Assembly: GCA_964532485.1 (NCBI GenBank)
Contig: CAZHKE010000005.1
Coordinates: forward strand, 9,359-73,358
DNA from: an uncultured Bifidobacteriaceae bacterium
Lineage (GTDB): Bacteria > Actinomycetota > Acidimicrobiia > IMCC26256 > PALSA-555
Length of the DNA: 64,000 nucleotides
Direction of reading: 5' to 3'
Shown here: in pieces, positions 52,021 to 59,937 of the stretch
Numbering within the stretch: the first letter of the stretch is position 1
Layout: each line of letters starts with the position of its first letter
Translations under genes and position numbers: made by a program
The notes under the pieces: model-generated
Seen by the model: only the letters and a program-made list of their open reading frames with translations
Databases searched by the model: none
What the model was told of the DNA's origin: nothing

Positions 52021-52863
52021 ATGAGCATCGCGATCGTCACCGACAGCGCGGCTGCCCTGCCGCCGGACCTCGCGGCGCGCGCGGGGGTCACGATCGTCCC
52101 CATGTGGCTCACCGTGCGGGGCGTCCCCGAGCCCGAGGGCCGGCGGCCGCTCCAGGAGCTCGTCACCCACGACAGCGTCTCGACGTCCGCGCCGACGCCG
52201 GGCGAGTTCGAGCACGCCATCAAGGACACGTCGCGTGCGAGCGACGGGGTGCTCGTGCTGACGATCGCCGGCTCGATGAGCGCCACCTACCAGTCCGCGG
52301 TCGTGGCCGCGCAGGCGGTCGGCGGCGCCGTGCGCGTCGTCGACACCGCGACCGCGGGAGGCGCCGAGGCACTCGTCGTGCTCGCCGCGGCCGAGGCCGC
52401 CGCGTCGGGTGCCCCGCTCGACGCGGTGGAGGCGCGCGCTCGCGAAGTCATCGAGCGCGTTCGTCTCGTCGCGACGATCTCGTCGCTCGATCATCTCGTC
52501 CGCAGCGGTCGCGTTCCGGGCATCGCCGGGTGGGCGGGCCGGCGGCTCAACATCAACCCGTTGTTCGAGTTCCGAGACGGCGCGGTGCGCCGCCTCCGGC
52601 CTGCGCTCAGCCCCGAGGCCGCACTCGATCGCATCGTCCAGATCGTCCGTCGCGACGCGCCCCCAGCTGGCGACGGGCCGAATCGTCTGCACGTCGCGGC
52701 GCTGCATGCGCTCGCTCGCCACGTTGCCGACGACCTGCTCGTGCGCATCACCGATGCCGCGGATGTCGCGACTGCGTTCGTCGGCGAGTTCGGTCCGGTG
52801 ATGGTCGTGCACACCGGCCCCGGGCTCGCCGGCCTCGCGTGGTGGTGGGAGCGCCAGAGCTAG
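52021..52863 (+). CDS. DegV family fatty-acid-binding protein
   Basis: Internal ATG at 52021. Motifs: IAIVTDSAAALP, STSAPTPGEF, LTIAGSMSATYQSA, VHTGPG. Confidence 0.85.
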   Translation: MSIAIVTDSAAALPPDLAARAGVTIVPMWLTVRGVPEPEGRRPLQELVTHDSVSTSAPTPGEFEHAIKDTSRASDGVLVLTIAGSMSATYQSAVVAAQAVGGAVRVVDTATAGGAEALVVLAAAEAAASGAPLDAVEARAREVIERVRLVATISSLDHLVRSGRVPGIAGWAGRRLNINPLFEFRDGAVRRLRPALSPEAALDRIVQIVRRDAPPAGDGPNRLHVAALHALARHVADDLLVRITDAADVATAFVGEFGPVMVVHTGPGLAGLAWWWERQS

Positions 52864-52872
52864 GTCGAGCTG

Positions 52873-53616
52873 CTACCGGCTCGGCTGGTCGATCACCCAG
52901 CCGACCGACTCGACCACCGCGCGAACCGATGGGGTCTCGAACGCGTGGCCCATGCCGTCGATCACCTCGAGACGACGCGGCTCGTTCGCGACCGCGTACA
53001 GCGAGTCGGCGTCGCTGACCGGGATGAACGGGTCGGCGGAGCCGTGCACGAGCGCCAACGGCACGTGGAGAGCGGGGACGAGCTCGATCGGTGGTGCGGG
53101 CCGGCGACCGGGTCGGGCGATGCGCACCCTGGCGTACCGCCGGGCCGCCCAGCGCCCGGGTGGAGTCTGCGTCATCAGCGCCGAGAGCACACCCCGTGCA
53201 TTGCGAGGCAGCGACCAGCGCGCCGGACAGGAGACAGCGACGACGCCTGCGGTCGGGCTGCCGGCGCGCTCCGCGGCGTACCGCAGCACGCCGATCGCGC
53301 CCATCGAGGCGCCCACGAGGACGACGGGGTCGGCGCCCGCCGCATCGACCACCGCCGCGACGTCGAGCACCTCGTCGCTGCCGAGCGTCGCTTCGCCGCC
53401 CGACTCGCCGTGACCCCGTGAGTCGAACGTGAGGACCGCGTGGCCGGCCTCCGTGAGCGCGTCGGCGATCGCTACGACCCGCGGCTCCGAGCCTGACGCG
53501 GCGAAGCCGTGGGCCACGACGACGGTGCGGCCCGACGTCGATCCCGCCGGTGCCCTGCGTCGCGCCACGATGCGGACACCGTCAGCCGCCTCGAGCTCGA
53601 GGAGCGTCTCGTTCAC
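52873..53616 (-). CDS. alpha/beta hydrolase
   Basis: GTG at 53616 (GTGA overlap with the cysQ stop). Motifs: VVVAHGFAAS, LVGASMGA elbow, HGSADPF, GMGHAF. Confidence 0.8.
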   Translation of the reverse strand: MNETLLELEAADGVRIVARRRAPAGSTSGRTVVVAHGFAASGSEPRVVAIADALTEAGHAVLTFDSRGHGESGGEATLGSDEVLDVAAVVDAAGADPVVLVGASMGAIGVLRYAAERAGSPTAGVVAVSCPARWSLPRNARGVLSALMTQTPPGRWAARRYARVRIARPGRRPAPPIELVPALHVPLALVHGSADPFIPVSDADSLYAVANEPRRLEVIDGMGHAFETPSVRAVVESVGWVIDQPSR

Positions 53617-54356
53617 GCCGCGACCGCGGCCAGTACCGCGTGGGCGAGGTCCTGGCGACACACGATCAGGTCGGGGAGCCACGGGTCGCGCCGGTTGTAC
53701 TCGAGCGGCGAGCCGTCGATGCGCGACACGTGGAGCCCTGCTGCCGCTGCGACGACAGCGGGTGCCGCGGAGTCCCACTCGTACTGGCCGCCCGAGTGCA
53801 CGTACGCGTCGACGACTCCATCGACCACCGCCATCGCCTTCGCGCCGGCGGAGCCCATGCCGACGAGCTCGGCGCCGAGCGCCCGCTCGACGCGGCGCGC
53901 GGCAGCCGGCGGCCGGGTCCGGCTCACGACCACCCGCGCGGGGCGATCTTGCGCCACCGGCGGAGCAGGCGGCGGCGCGGTCGAGAGCACCCTCTTCTGG
54001 GCGGGCAACGCCACCGCTCCGGCGGTCAGGCCCTGGCCGCGCGTCCAGAGCGCGACGTGCACGGCCCAGTCGGTGCGGCCGGCTTCGGTGAACTCGCGTG
54101 TCCCGTCGAGCGGGTCGACGATCCAGACGCGGTGCGCGTCGAGTCGGCTCGCGTCGTCGACCGACTCCTCCGACAGCACGGAGTCGCCGGGGTGGTCCTC
54201 GCGCAGGAGCTCGAGCAGCCGCCGGTTCGCGAGCACGTCGGCGGCGTCGCCGAGCGACCACCTCGACCACTCGTCGGATGCGCCCCGTTCCCGGAGCTCG
54301 AGCAGCAGCGCCCCGGCCTCGCCCGCATATCGTGCCGCGTCCTCGCCGTCACCCAC
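53613..54356 (-). CDS. cysQ: 3'(2'),5'-bisphosphate nucleotidase CysQ / inositol monophosphatase family
   Basis: SEES, WIVDPLDGTREF and YEWDSAAP are IMPase-fold metal-binding motifs. The length matches actinobacterial CysQ. Confidence 0.8.
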   Translation of the reverse strand: MGDGEDAARYAGEAGALLLELRERGASDEWSRWSLGDAADVLANRRLLELLREDHPGDSVLSEESVDDASRLDAHRVWIVDPLDGTREFTEAGRTDWAVHVALWTRGQGLTAGAVALPAQKRVLSTAPPPAPPVAQDRPARVVVSRTRPPAAARRVERALGAELVGMGSAGAKAMAVVDGVVDAYVHSGGQYEWDSAAPAVVAAAAGLHVSRIDGSPLEYNRRDPWLPDLIVCRQDLAHAVLAAVAA

Positions 54357-54474
54357 GTCGGCATTCTGACCGAAGCCGGTGCGGCACCTTGTCTCGCGGC
54401 TCGCGTCGCCTTCACGCGCACCTCACACAGGCGGTGTCCCATGGTGTCGACCCCCCCCGAGACAGGAGACCATC

Positions 54475-54960
54475 ATGCGCACGACCCTCGTGGCCCTCAC
54501 CGCAGCCACCCTCGCCGTGGGCGGGCTCGCCCTCATGGCCCCGGCCGGCGCTGCCACCACACACCAGGCCGGCGACCCGTCGAGCTCGTCCGATTCCAGC
54601 TCGTCGACCGAGCCCGGTGCCTCGAGCCAGCCGAGTGACCAGGCGGTGAAGCGCCCACACCCGATCGCCCGTCGCATCGCAGCCCGGAGCGCGGCCGAGT
54701 CGATCGGGGTGCCGATCGACGAGCTGCGCGCCGCGGTCGTCGGTGGTCAGACGGTGTCCGAGTTCGCCGAGGCCCAGGGCGCGGATCCGACGGCGGTGCA
54801 AAGCGACGTCGTCGCCGGGCTGAACGAGGCGATCGACCGCGCCGTCACGAGCGGACGCGTGAGCGAAGAGCGCGCCGCGAAGGCGAGGGAGCACGTGGAC
54901 GAGTTCGCGGAGAAGCTCATGACGTCGTTGCCGCGCAAGGCCCAAGCATCGACCACCTGA
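54475..54960 (+). CDS. secreted hypothetical protein
   Basis: ATG at 54475 with GGAG upstream. Signal peptide MRTTLVALTAATLAVGGLALMAPAGA, then a Ser-rich linker and a helical C-terminal domain. Confidence 0.55.
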   Translation: MRTTLVALTAATLAVGGLALMAPAGAATTHQAGDPSSSSDSSSSTEPGASSQPSDQAVKRPHPIARRIAARSAAESIGVPIDELRAAVVGGQTVSEFAEAQGADPTAVQSDVVAGLNEAIDRAVTSGRVSEERAAKAREHVDEFAEKLMTSLPRKAQASTT

Positions 54961-55026
54961 TCCCGCCCGGTCCCGGCGTGCGTCCCTCCGGTCCGCTACC
55001 GTCCCGGCGGACCGGAGGGACCGTGC

Positions 55027-55710
55027 ATGCCGACGCCGAACGAACCCGACGCCACCGCGCCCCTGCCGACCGGCGGCGAGCCGACGCAGGCCGTGCCCCC
55101 GGTGGCGGGCGGCGAGGCGACCATCCCCGTCCAGGGCGAGTCGTTCGGAGGTGGAGCCGGAGGTCCCGGTGGGACGGGAGAGGGCTCGGGCGAGGACGAC
55201 GACAACCGCCGCCTCTGGATGATCGCCGGCGGGATCCTGCTCCTCGGCCTGATCATCGGCATCGTCGTCGCCGTGGCCGCCAGCGACGGTGGCATGGACA
55301 CCAAGTCGACGACGACCTCGTCGTCGTCGACCACCACGTCGTCGTCGACCACCACGACCTTGCCGGCGACCACGACCGCGCCGCCGACGACGACGGCACC
55401 GGCCGGTCCGCAGATCAACCAGTTCACGGTGGACGACGGCTCGGTGGGCTGCCCGAGCACGACGCAGGTCACGCTGACGTGGTCGACGACGAACGCGCAG
55501 AGCGTGACGGTCAGCATCGACGACCCGAACGGGCCGTACGGCAACTATCCGGCCGGCGGCAGCCAGCCCTTCCCCTTTGCCTGCGGGGCCGGGCCCGACC
55601 CCGTCCAGCACATCTACTACCTGAAGGCGAACGGCGCCGCCGGCCAGACCACCCAGAGCCAGCTCTCGGTCACCGGGACGTTCTCGTCGACGACCAGCTC
55701 GACCGCGTGA
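55027..55710 (+). CDS. single-pass membrane protein with Ser/Thr-rich stalk and Ig-like C-terminal domain
   Basis: Pro/Gly-rich cytoplasmic N-terminus, TM RRLWMIAGGILLLGLIIGIVVAVAA, a 40-aa S/T/P tract, then a beta-rich domain of about 90 aa with 2 Cys. Confidence 0.6.
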   Translation: MPTPNEPDATAPLPTGGEPTQAVPPVAGGEATIPVQGESFGGGAGGPGGTGEGSGEDDDNRRLWMIAGGILLLGLIIGIVVAVAASDGGMDTKSTTTSSSSTTTSSSTTTTLPATTTAPPTTTAPAGPQINQFTVDDGSVGCPSTTQVTLTWSTTNAQSVTVSIDDPNGPYGNYPAGGSQPFPFACGAGPDPVQHIYYLKANGAAGQTTQSQLSVTGTFSSTTSSTA

Positions 55711-55781
55711 GCCCCTGAGGCTGCTCGGGGCCCGGGGCTGCGCCTGGCGACTCCCACGCCGAGCCGGATCCCACGCCGGGT

Positions 55782-55797
55782 GTTACCGGCTGGTAAC
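55782..55797. promoter_or_regulatory. inverted repeat GTTACC-N4-GGTAAC, candidate operator upstream of acyl-CoA dehydrogenase
   Basis: gttaccggctggtaac read directly, 63 bp upstream of ATG 55860. Confidence 0.45.
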
Positions 55798-55859
55798 TTG
55801 TGAGGATCACCCCGTGGGGAGCGGTCGAGTCCGGCCGTCCCGATGCACAGGAGGCCCTG

Positions 55860-57074
55860 ATGAGCGAGTTCTCCCTCGAGCTCAACGAGGACCAGCTGCA
55901 GATCCAGAAGTGGGTCCACGACTTCGCCGAGAACGTCGTCCGACCAGCCGCCCACGAGTGGGACGAGCGCGAGGAGACGCCCTATCCGATCATCGAGGAG
56001 GCGGCGAAGGTCGGGCTCTACTCGCTCGAGTTCTTCGCCAACTGCACCGCCGACCCGGCCGGCTTGACGCTCGCGCTCGCGAGCGAGGAGCTGGCGTGGG
56101 GTGACGCCGGCATCACGCTCTCGATCCTCGGGAGCACCCTCGCGGTCAGCGGCATCCTCGCGAGCGGCACACCCGATCAGATCGGGGAGTGGCTGCCGCA
56201 GTGCTTCGGCACACCCGACAAGATCCAACTCGGTGCGTTCTGCGTGAGCGAGCCGGACGCGGGCAGCGACGTCTCGAACCTGCGCACGAACGCGGTGTAC
56301 GACGAGAAGTCCGACGGGTGGGTGCTCAACGGCACGAAGGCATGGATCACCAACGGGGGCATCGCCGACGTGCACGTCGTCGTCGCCGCAGTCGACCCCG
56401 AGCTCAAGGGCCGTGGCCACGCCGCGTTCGTCGTGCCACCAGGCACGCCGGGCCTGAGCCAGGGCACGAAGTACAAGAAGCACGGCATCCGGGCTTCGCA
56501 CACGGCCGAGGTCGTCCTCGACGACGTGCACGTCCCCAGCTCGTGCCTGCTCGGCGGCAAGGAGAAGCTCGACCAGCGACTCGCTCGCGCCAAGGAAGGG
56601 CAGAAGACGCGGACCCAGGCGGCGATGAGCACGTTCGAGGCGACCCGTCCGCTCGTCGGCGCGCAGGCGCTCGGCATCGCGCGTGCCGCGTACGAGTTCG
56701 CGCTCGAGTACGCCAAGGAGCGCAAGGCGTTCGGCCGGGCGATCATCGAGAACCAGGGGATCGCGTTCAAGCTCTCTGACATGCGCATGGAGATCGACGC
56801 GGCGCGGCTCCTCGTGTGGCGCGCGTGCTGGATGGCCGCGAAGAAGAAGGAGTTCACCGCCGGCGAGGGCTCCATGAGCAAGCTCAAGGCCGGCGAGGTC
56901 GCGGTGAAGGCGACCGAGGACGCGATCCAGATCCTCGGCGGCTACGGCTACACCCGGGAGTACCCCGTGGAGCGGTGGCACCGCGACTCGAAGATCTATA
57001 CCATCTTCGAAGGGACCTCAGAGATCCAGCGTCTGGTCATCGCCAGAGCCATATCTGGCATGCATATTCAGTAG
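55860..57074 (+). CDS. acyl-CoA dehydrogenase (3' end of mosaic origin)
   Basis: ATG at 55860 with AGGAGG upstream. Motifs: FCVSEPDAGSD, GTKAWITNG, and C-terminal YTIFEGTSEIQRLVIAR. The last 26 codons use atypical A/T-ending codons. Confidence 0.9.
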   Translation: MSEFSLELNEDQLQIQKWVHDFAENVVRPAAHEWDEREETPYPIIEEAAKVGLYSLEFFANCTADPAGLTLALASEELAWGDAGITLSILGSTLAVSGILASGTPDQIGEWLPQCFGTPDKIQLGAFCVSEPDAGSDVSNLRTNAVYDEKSDGWVLNGTKAWITNGGIADVHVVVAAVDPELKGRGHAAFVVPPGTPGLSQGTKYKKHGIRASHTAEVVLDDVHVPSSCLLGGKEKLDQRLARAKEGQKTRTQAAMSTFEATRPLVGAQALGIARAAYEFALEYAKERKAFGRAIIENQGIAFKLSDMRMEIDAARLLVWRACWMAAKKKEFTAGEGSMSKLKAGEVAVKATEDAIQILGGYGYTREYPVERWHRDSKIYTIFEGTSEIQRLVIARAISGMHIQ

Positions 57075-57110
57075 TTTCTGCATCGCCCCGCCGCCGCTCG
57101 GTGAGGGTCT

Positions 57111-57129
57111 ATCCCTACTCCATCCCTAC
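57111..57129. repeat. direct repeat ATCCCTAC x2 with 11-bp period
   Basis: atccctac at 57111..57118 and 57122..57129, between the dehydrogenase stop and the integrase start. Confidence 0.8.
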
Positions 57130-57149
57130 AACGGCTACGTTAGCCCGCC

Positions 57150-58241
57150 ATGGCCACCATTCGCGAGCGAAAGCCGGGCGTCTGGGAGATCCGGTCGTTC
57201 GTCGGTCGTGACGCAAAGGGCCGGCCACGGCAGGTCAGTCGCACCGTTCACGGCGGCAAGAAGGAAGCCCAGCGGGTTGCTGCCGAGATGACCGTCCGAC
57301 CGGCGACAGGCTCGTCGGCGAGAACACTTGAGGATCTGCTCTGGGAGTGGGCCGGGCTGAACGAAGCCACGTGGGCCGAGCGGACCCGGCGAGACAATCT
57401 CAGCCGCATTCGACAGATCGTCACGGACCAGATCGGGCGCATGCAGGTCGCTCGGCTGACGGTCGCGCACATCGAGCGCTGGCACGCGCGGCTTCGTGCT
57501 GCCGGGGTGGGGGCGGCAGCGATTCGCAATCGGCACGCGGTCGTCCGCGCTGCGCTCGACCAAGCAGTGCGTTGGGGCTGGCTCACGGTCAACGTCGCCA
57601 CGCTTGCGAAGCTGACAATGCCGAAGCGCGCTGACCGATCCGCGATGTCAGCCGACGAAGTGCGCCGGCTCATTGAATCGGCGCTATCCCTGGACCTGGC
57701 TGCTGGAGTTGCCATGCGCCTGGCGGCCGTGTCGACAGCACGGCGATCTGAGCTCGCGGCGCTCAGATGGGACGACCTCGATGGGGAACTGCTCTTGATC
57801 GACAGTCAGATTGTCGAGGTACGCCGACCAAATGAGCCGACGCTCCTCGTTGATGAGTCAACGAAGACCGGCAACGTTCGCAAGATCGGTCTCGACGCGG
57901 AGAGCATCGAACTTGTGAAGCAACTCTTCGAGGAGCGGAGCGCCTTCGGTCCTTGGATGTTCAACATCGGAGAGCATCCACCTTCACCAGATCGGATCGG
58001 TTATTGGTTCTCGAGCGCCCGTCAGCTCTCGGGGATCGACCGACGATGGCGGCTTCATGATCTACGTCACTGGGGCGCAACGACCGGCATCGGTCTCGGT
58101 CATGACGTACGCACTGTCGCCAACCGACTTGGCCACGCGAACGCAGGGCTGACTCTCCGGACCTACGCGCATGCATTGCCGAGTGCTGATGCCGCGCTCG
58201 CTCGATCGCTGGGGAACGCGCTCCGGACCAACGCAGAGTAG
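57150..58241 (+). CDS. tyrosine-type site-specific recombinase/integrase
   Basis: N-terminal SAM-like domain (IERWHARLRAAGV). Catalytic residues in TARRSEL (R), HDLRHWGAT (HxxR), LGHA and LRTYAH (Tyr). Confidence 0.9.
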   Translation: MATIRERKPGVWEIRSFVGRDAKGRPRQVSRTVHGGKKEAQRVAAEMTVRPATGSSARTLEDLLWEWAGLNEATWAERTRRDNLSRIRQIVTDQIGRMQVARLTVAHIERWHARLRAAGVGAAAIRNRHAVVRAALDQAVRWGWLTVNVATLAKLTMPKRADRSAMSADEVRRLIESALSLDLAAGVAMRLAAVSTARRSELAALRWDDLDGELLLIDSQIVEVRRPNEPTLLVDESTKTGNVRKIGLDAESIELVKQLFEERSAFGPWMFNIGEHPPSPDRIGYWFSSARQLSGIDRRWRLHDLRHWGATTGIGLGHDVRTVANRLGHANAGLTLRTYAHALPSADAALARSLGNALRTNAE

Positions 58242-58429
58242 AGATCAGCTAGGCCGGACGACTCGCGGACGTCGTCGGATGATGCGGATGGTCGAGCAAT
58301 TGAAGGCGCCTGCGGAGGCATCCCGCGTTGATGAGACCGCGACCCGCGTCGAAGATGCGGGGATGGATGTACGACGCCGCTGAGCGAGCAACGTGGTACT
58401 CGCGGGTTCATAGAATCGTGAGCCATGAC

Positions 58430-58511
58430 GTCCACTGGGTCTTCGGTTTCGTCCACTGTGTCCACTGGGTGCTTCTACGTCCAGGGAGAACTAGGGATGG
58501 AACTAGGGATG
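58430..58511. repeat. cluster of short direct repeats: GTCCACTG(G/T)G x3, then GAACTAGGGATG x2 in tandem
   Basis: Copies at 58430, 58451 and 58460, and tandem 12-mers at 58488..58499 and 58500..58511. Lies in the lower-GC convergent spacer between the integrase and doc genes. Confidence 0.85.
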
Positions 58512-58512
58512 G

Positions 58513-58911
58513 TCAGGCGACGCGGACGCGCTCTCGGAGCCAGTCGGCGAGGGCGGCTTCGTCGATCTCTCCAGCCGCGACGCCGAGCATTGTGGTTTCT
58601 GCGTCGTCGACGTCGGGTGGGTCGGGGTCCCAGATGCCGTCGTTGAGGTCGAGGAAGAGGACGAGCGAGGCCCACGCGGCGCGCTTGTTGCCGTCGGGGA
58701 GGGGATGGTTCCAGGCGAGGCGGCAGGTGAGGACGGCGGCCTTGTCGATGAGATCGGGGTAGAAGTCCTCGTCGCCGAAGCCGGCACTGGGGGCGTGGAG
58801 GGCGGAGTCGGCGAGCTCGACGCGTGCTGCCTTGACGAGCACCGCGGCTTCGGTGCCCGTGACCTGCTCCGCCAGCCAGAAGTACTCGGCCAGGGAGAGG
58901 TACCGGGTCAC
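58513..58911 (-). CDS. doc: type II toxin Doc (death-on-curing, Fic fold)
   Basis: Fic/Doc motif HPLPDGNKRAA (HxFx[DN][AG]NKR variant). 132 aa. The GTG start overlaps the antitoxin stop (GTGA). Confidence 0.85.
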   Translation of the reverse strand: MTRYLSLAEYFWLAEQVTGTEAAVLVKAARVELADSALHAPSAGFGDEDFYPDLIDKAAVLTCRLAWNHPLPDGNKRAAWASLVLFLDLNDGIWDPDPPDVDDAETTMLGVAAGEIDEAALADWLRERVRVA

Positions 58912-59117
58912 CGGGCGAGTCGGTCCAAGAGCTCCTGGTCGCGCTCGAGGAGCTTGCGAGCGCGGGCGGTGAAGTCCTTGTCGGCCCGAACCCGCTCGAT
59001 CTCGGCGGAGAGCGACTCGACGATCAACGCGTTGACGCTGGTGCCCCGGACGCGGGCAACAGCCTCGGCCTCGTCGGCCAGCTCGTCTGGGAGGCGCACA
59101 GTGGTCTGCTTTGCCAT
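58908..59117 (-). CDS. ribbon-helix-helix (Phd/CopG-like) antitoxin
   Basis: Internal ATG at 59117. The N-terminal KQTTVRLPDELADEAEAV is a classic RHH beta-strand plus helix. 69 aa, immediately upstream of doc. Confidence 0.75.
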   Translation of the reverse strand: MAKQTTVRLPDELADEAEAVARVRGTSVNALIVESLSAEIERVRADKDFTARARKLLERDQELLDRLAR

Positions 59118-59124
59118 GAAAGCA

Positions 59125-59140
59125 CGATATCGCGATATCG
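59125..59140. promoter_or_regulatory. perfect palindrome CGATATCGCGATATCG (two tandem 8-bp palindromes), candidate TA operator
   Basis: Read directly, 8 bp upstream of the antitoxin start codon. Confidence 0.55.
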
Positions 59141-59217
59141 CGAGTGGTACAAGCCCAGAATCGAGTGCCGCGGGGGGCAGCGCTCGCTCGCCGGCTGATG
59201 CTTGGCGATGGGGTCGT

Positions 59218-59604
59218 TCATTCAGCTGTTGGGATGTGTTGGAGGAGGCCGATGGTGTTGCCGAATGGGTCGGTGATCCAGGCTGCCAGCGCGAATCCAA
59301 TGTCGGCGATGCCGTTGGTGGTGGTGAGGCCGTCCTCGTCGAAGTCGTCGATGAGAACTCCTCGTTCCCGGAGTTCGTCGAGTTCGGCGGCGAGGTCGGT
59401 GACACGCCACATCGCTTGGGTTTGGGTGTCGGCGGTGCCAACGGTGCTCAGCGACAGAACGAGTTGGGTGCCGGCGGAGGCGACGACGAGGCGGTGCTCA
59501 TCGCTCTCGACGATCGGGAGCCCAAGCTGTTGGTGGTAGAAGCGGCGGGCGACGTCGAAGTCGGTGACCAGCAGGACGGTGTCGAGGGGATGGTCGGCGA
59601 GCAT
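59218..59604 (-). CDS. VOC (glyoxalase/bleomycin-resistance/dioxygenase) family protein
   Basis: 128 aa. Paired beta-alpha-beta-beta-beta pattern with DFDVARRFYHQQLGL at the N-terminus and WITDPFGNTIGLLQ at the C-terminus. Confidence 0.75.
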   Translation of the reverse strand: MLADHPLDTVLLVTDFDVARRFYHQQLGLPIVESDEHRLVVASAGTQLVLSLSTVGTADTQTQAMWRVTDLAAELDELRERGVLIDDFDEDGLTTTNGIADIGFALAAWITDPFGNTIGLLQHIPTAE

Positions 59605-59937
59605 TGTTCGACTCCTAGGGATTGGAGTTCGGATGGGGAGGGATGGAACGGGGATCGGTGATCAGGTCAGCGGCGACGACGGGCATGGCTGCTACCTGTT
59701 CGGTGGCCCATGGCAGTTCGAACGGTTCGGTGTGGGCGTGCAGGACGGAGGTTCGGGTATCGCAAGATCGCGAATCTCGAACGCCTCGGAGGGGTCCCAA
59801 GGAGTCGAGCGCCACTGCCCCAATCGTGTCGGCCATCGGAGACGCGCCGGTTGCCGTGACCGACGTGTGGTGACCGCCGAGCCATTGTCTGGCCTGCGCT
59901 TGGAGTCCCGGGTGGACGGTGGTGCGAGCTCGATTCC

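Noticed and set aside
57075-57149. Expected tRNA or tmRNA gene next to the integrase
   Set aside because: No cloverleaf-compatible sequence or T-loop (GGTTCGAATCC-like) motif is visible here or anywhere else I scanned. The integration target appears to be the protein-coding gene instead.
58430-58511. Short repeat clusters (also 4453..4480 and 35444..35471) as CRISPR arrays
   Set aside because: The repeats are only 8-12 bp long, occur in 2-3 copies with no spacers of CRISPR size, and no cas genes are present.
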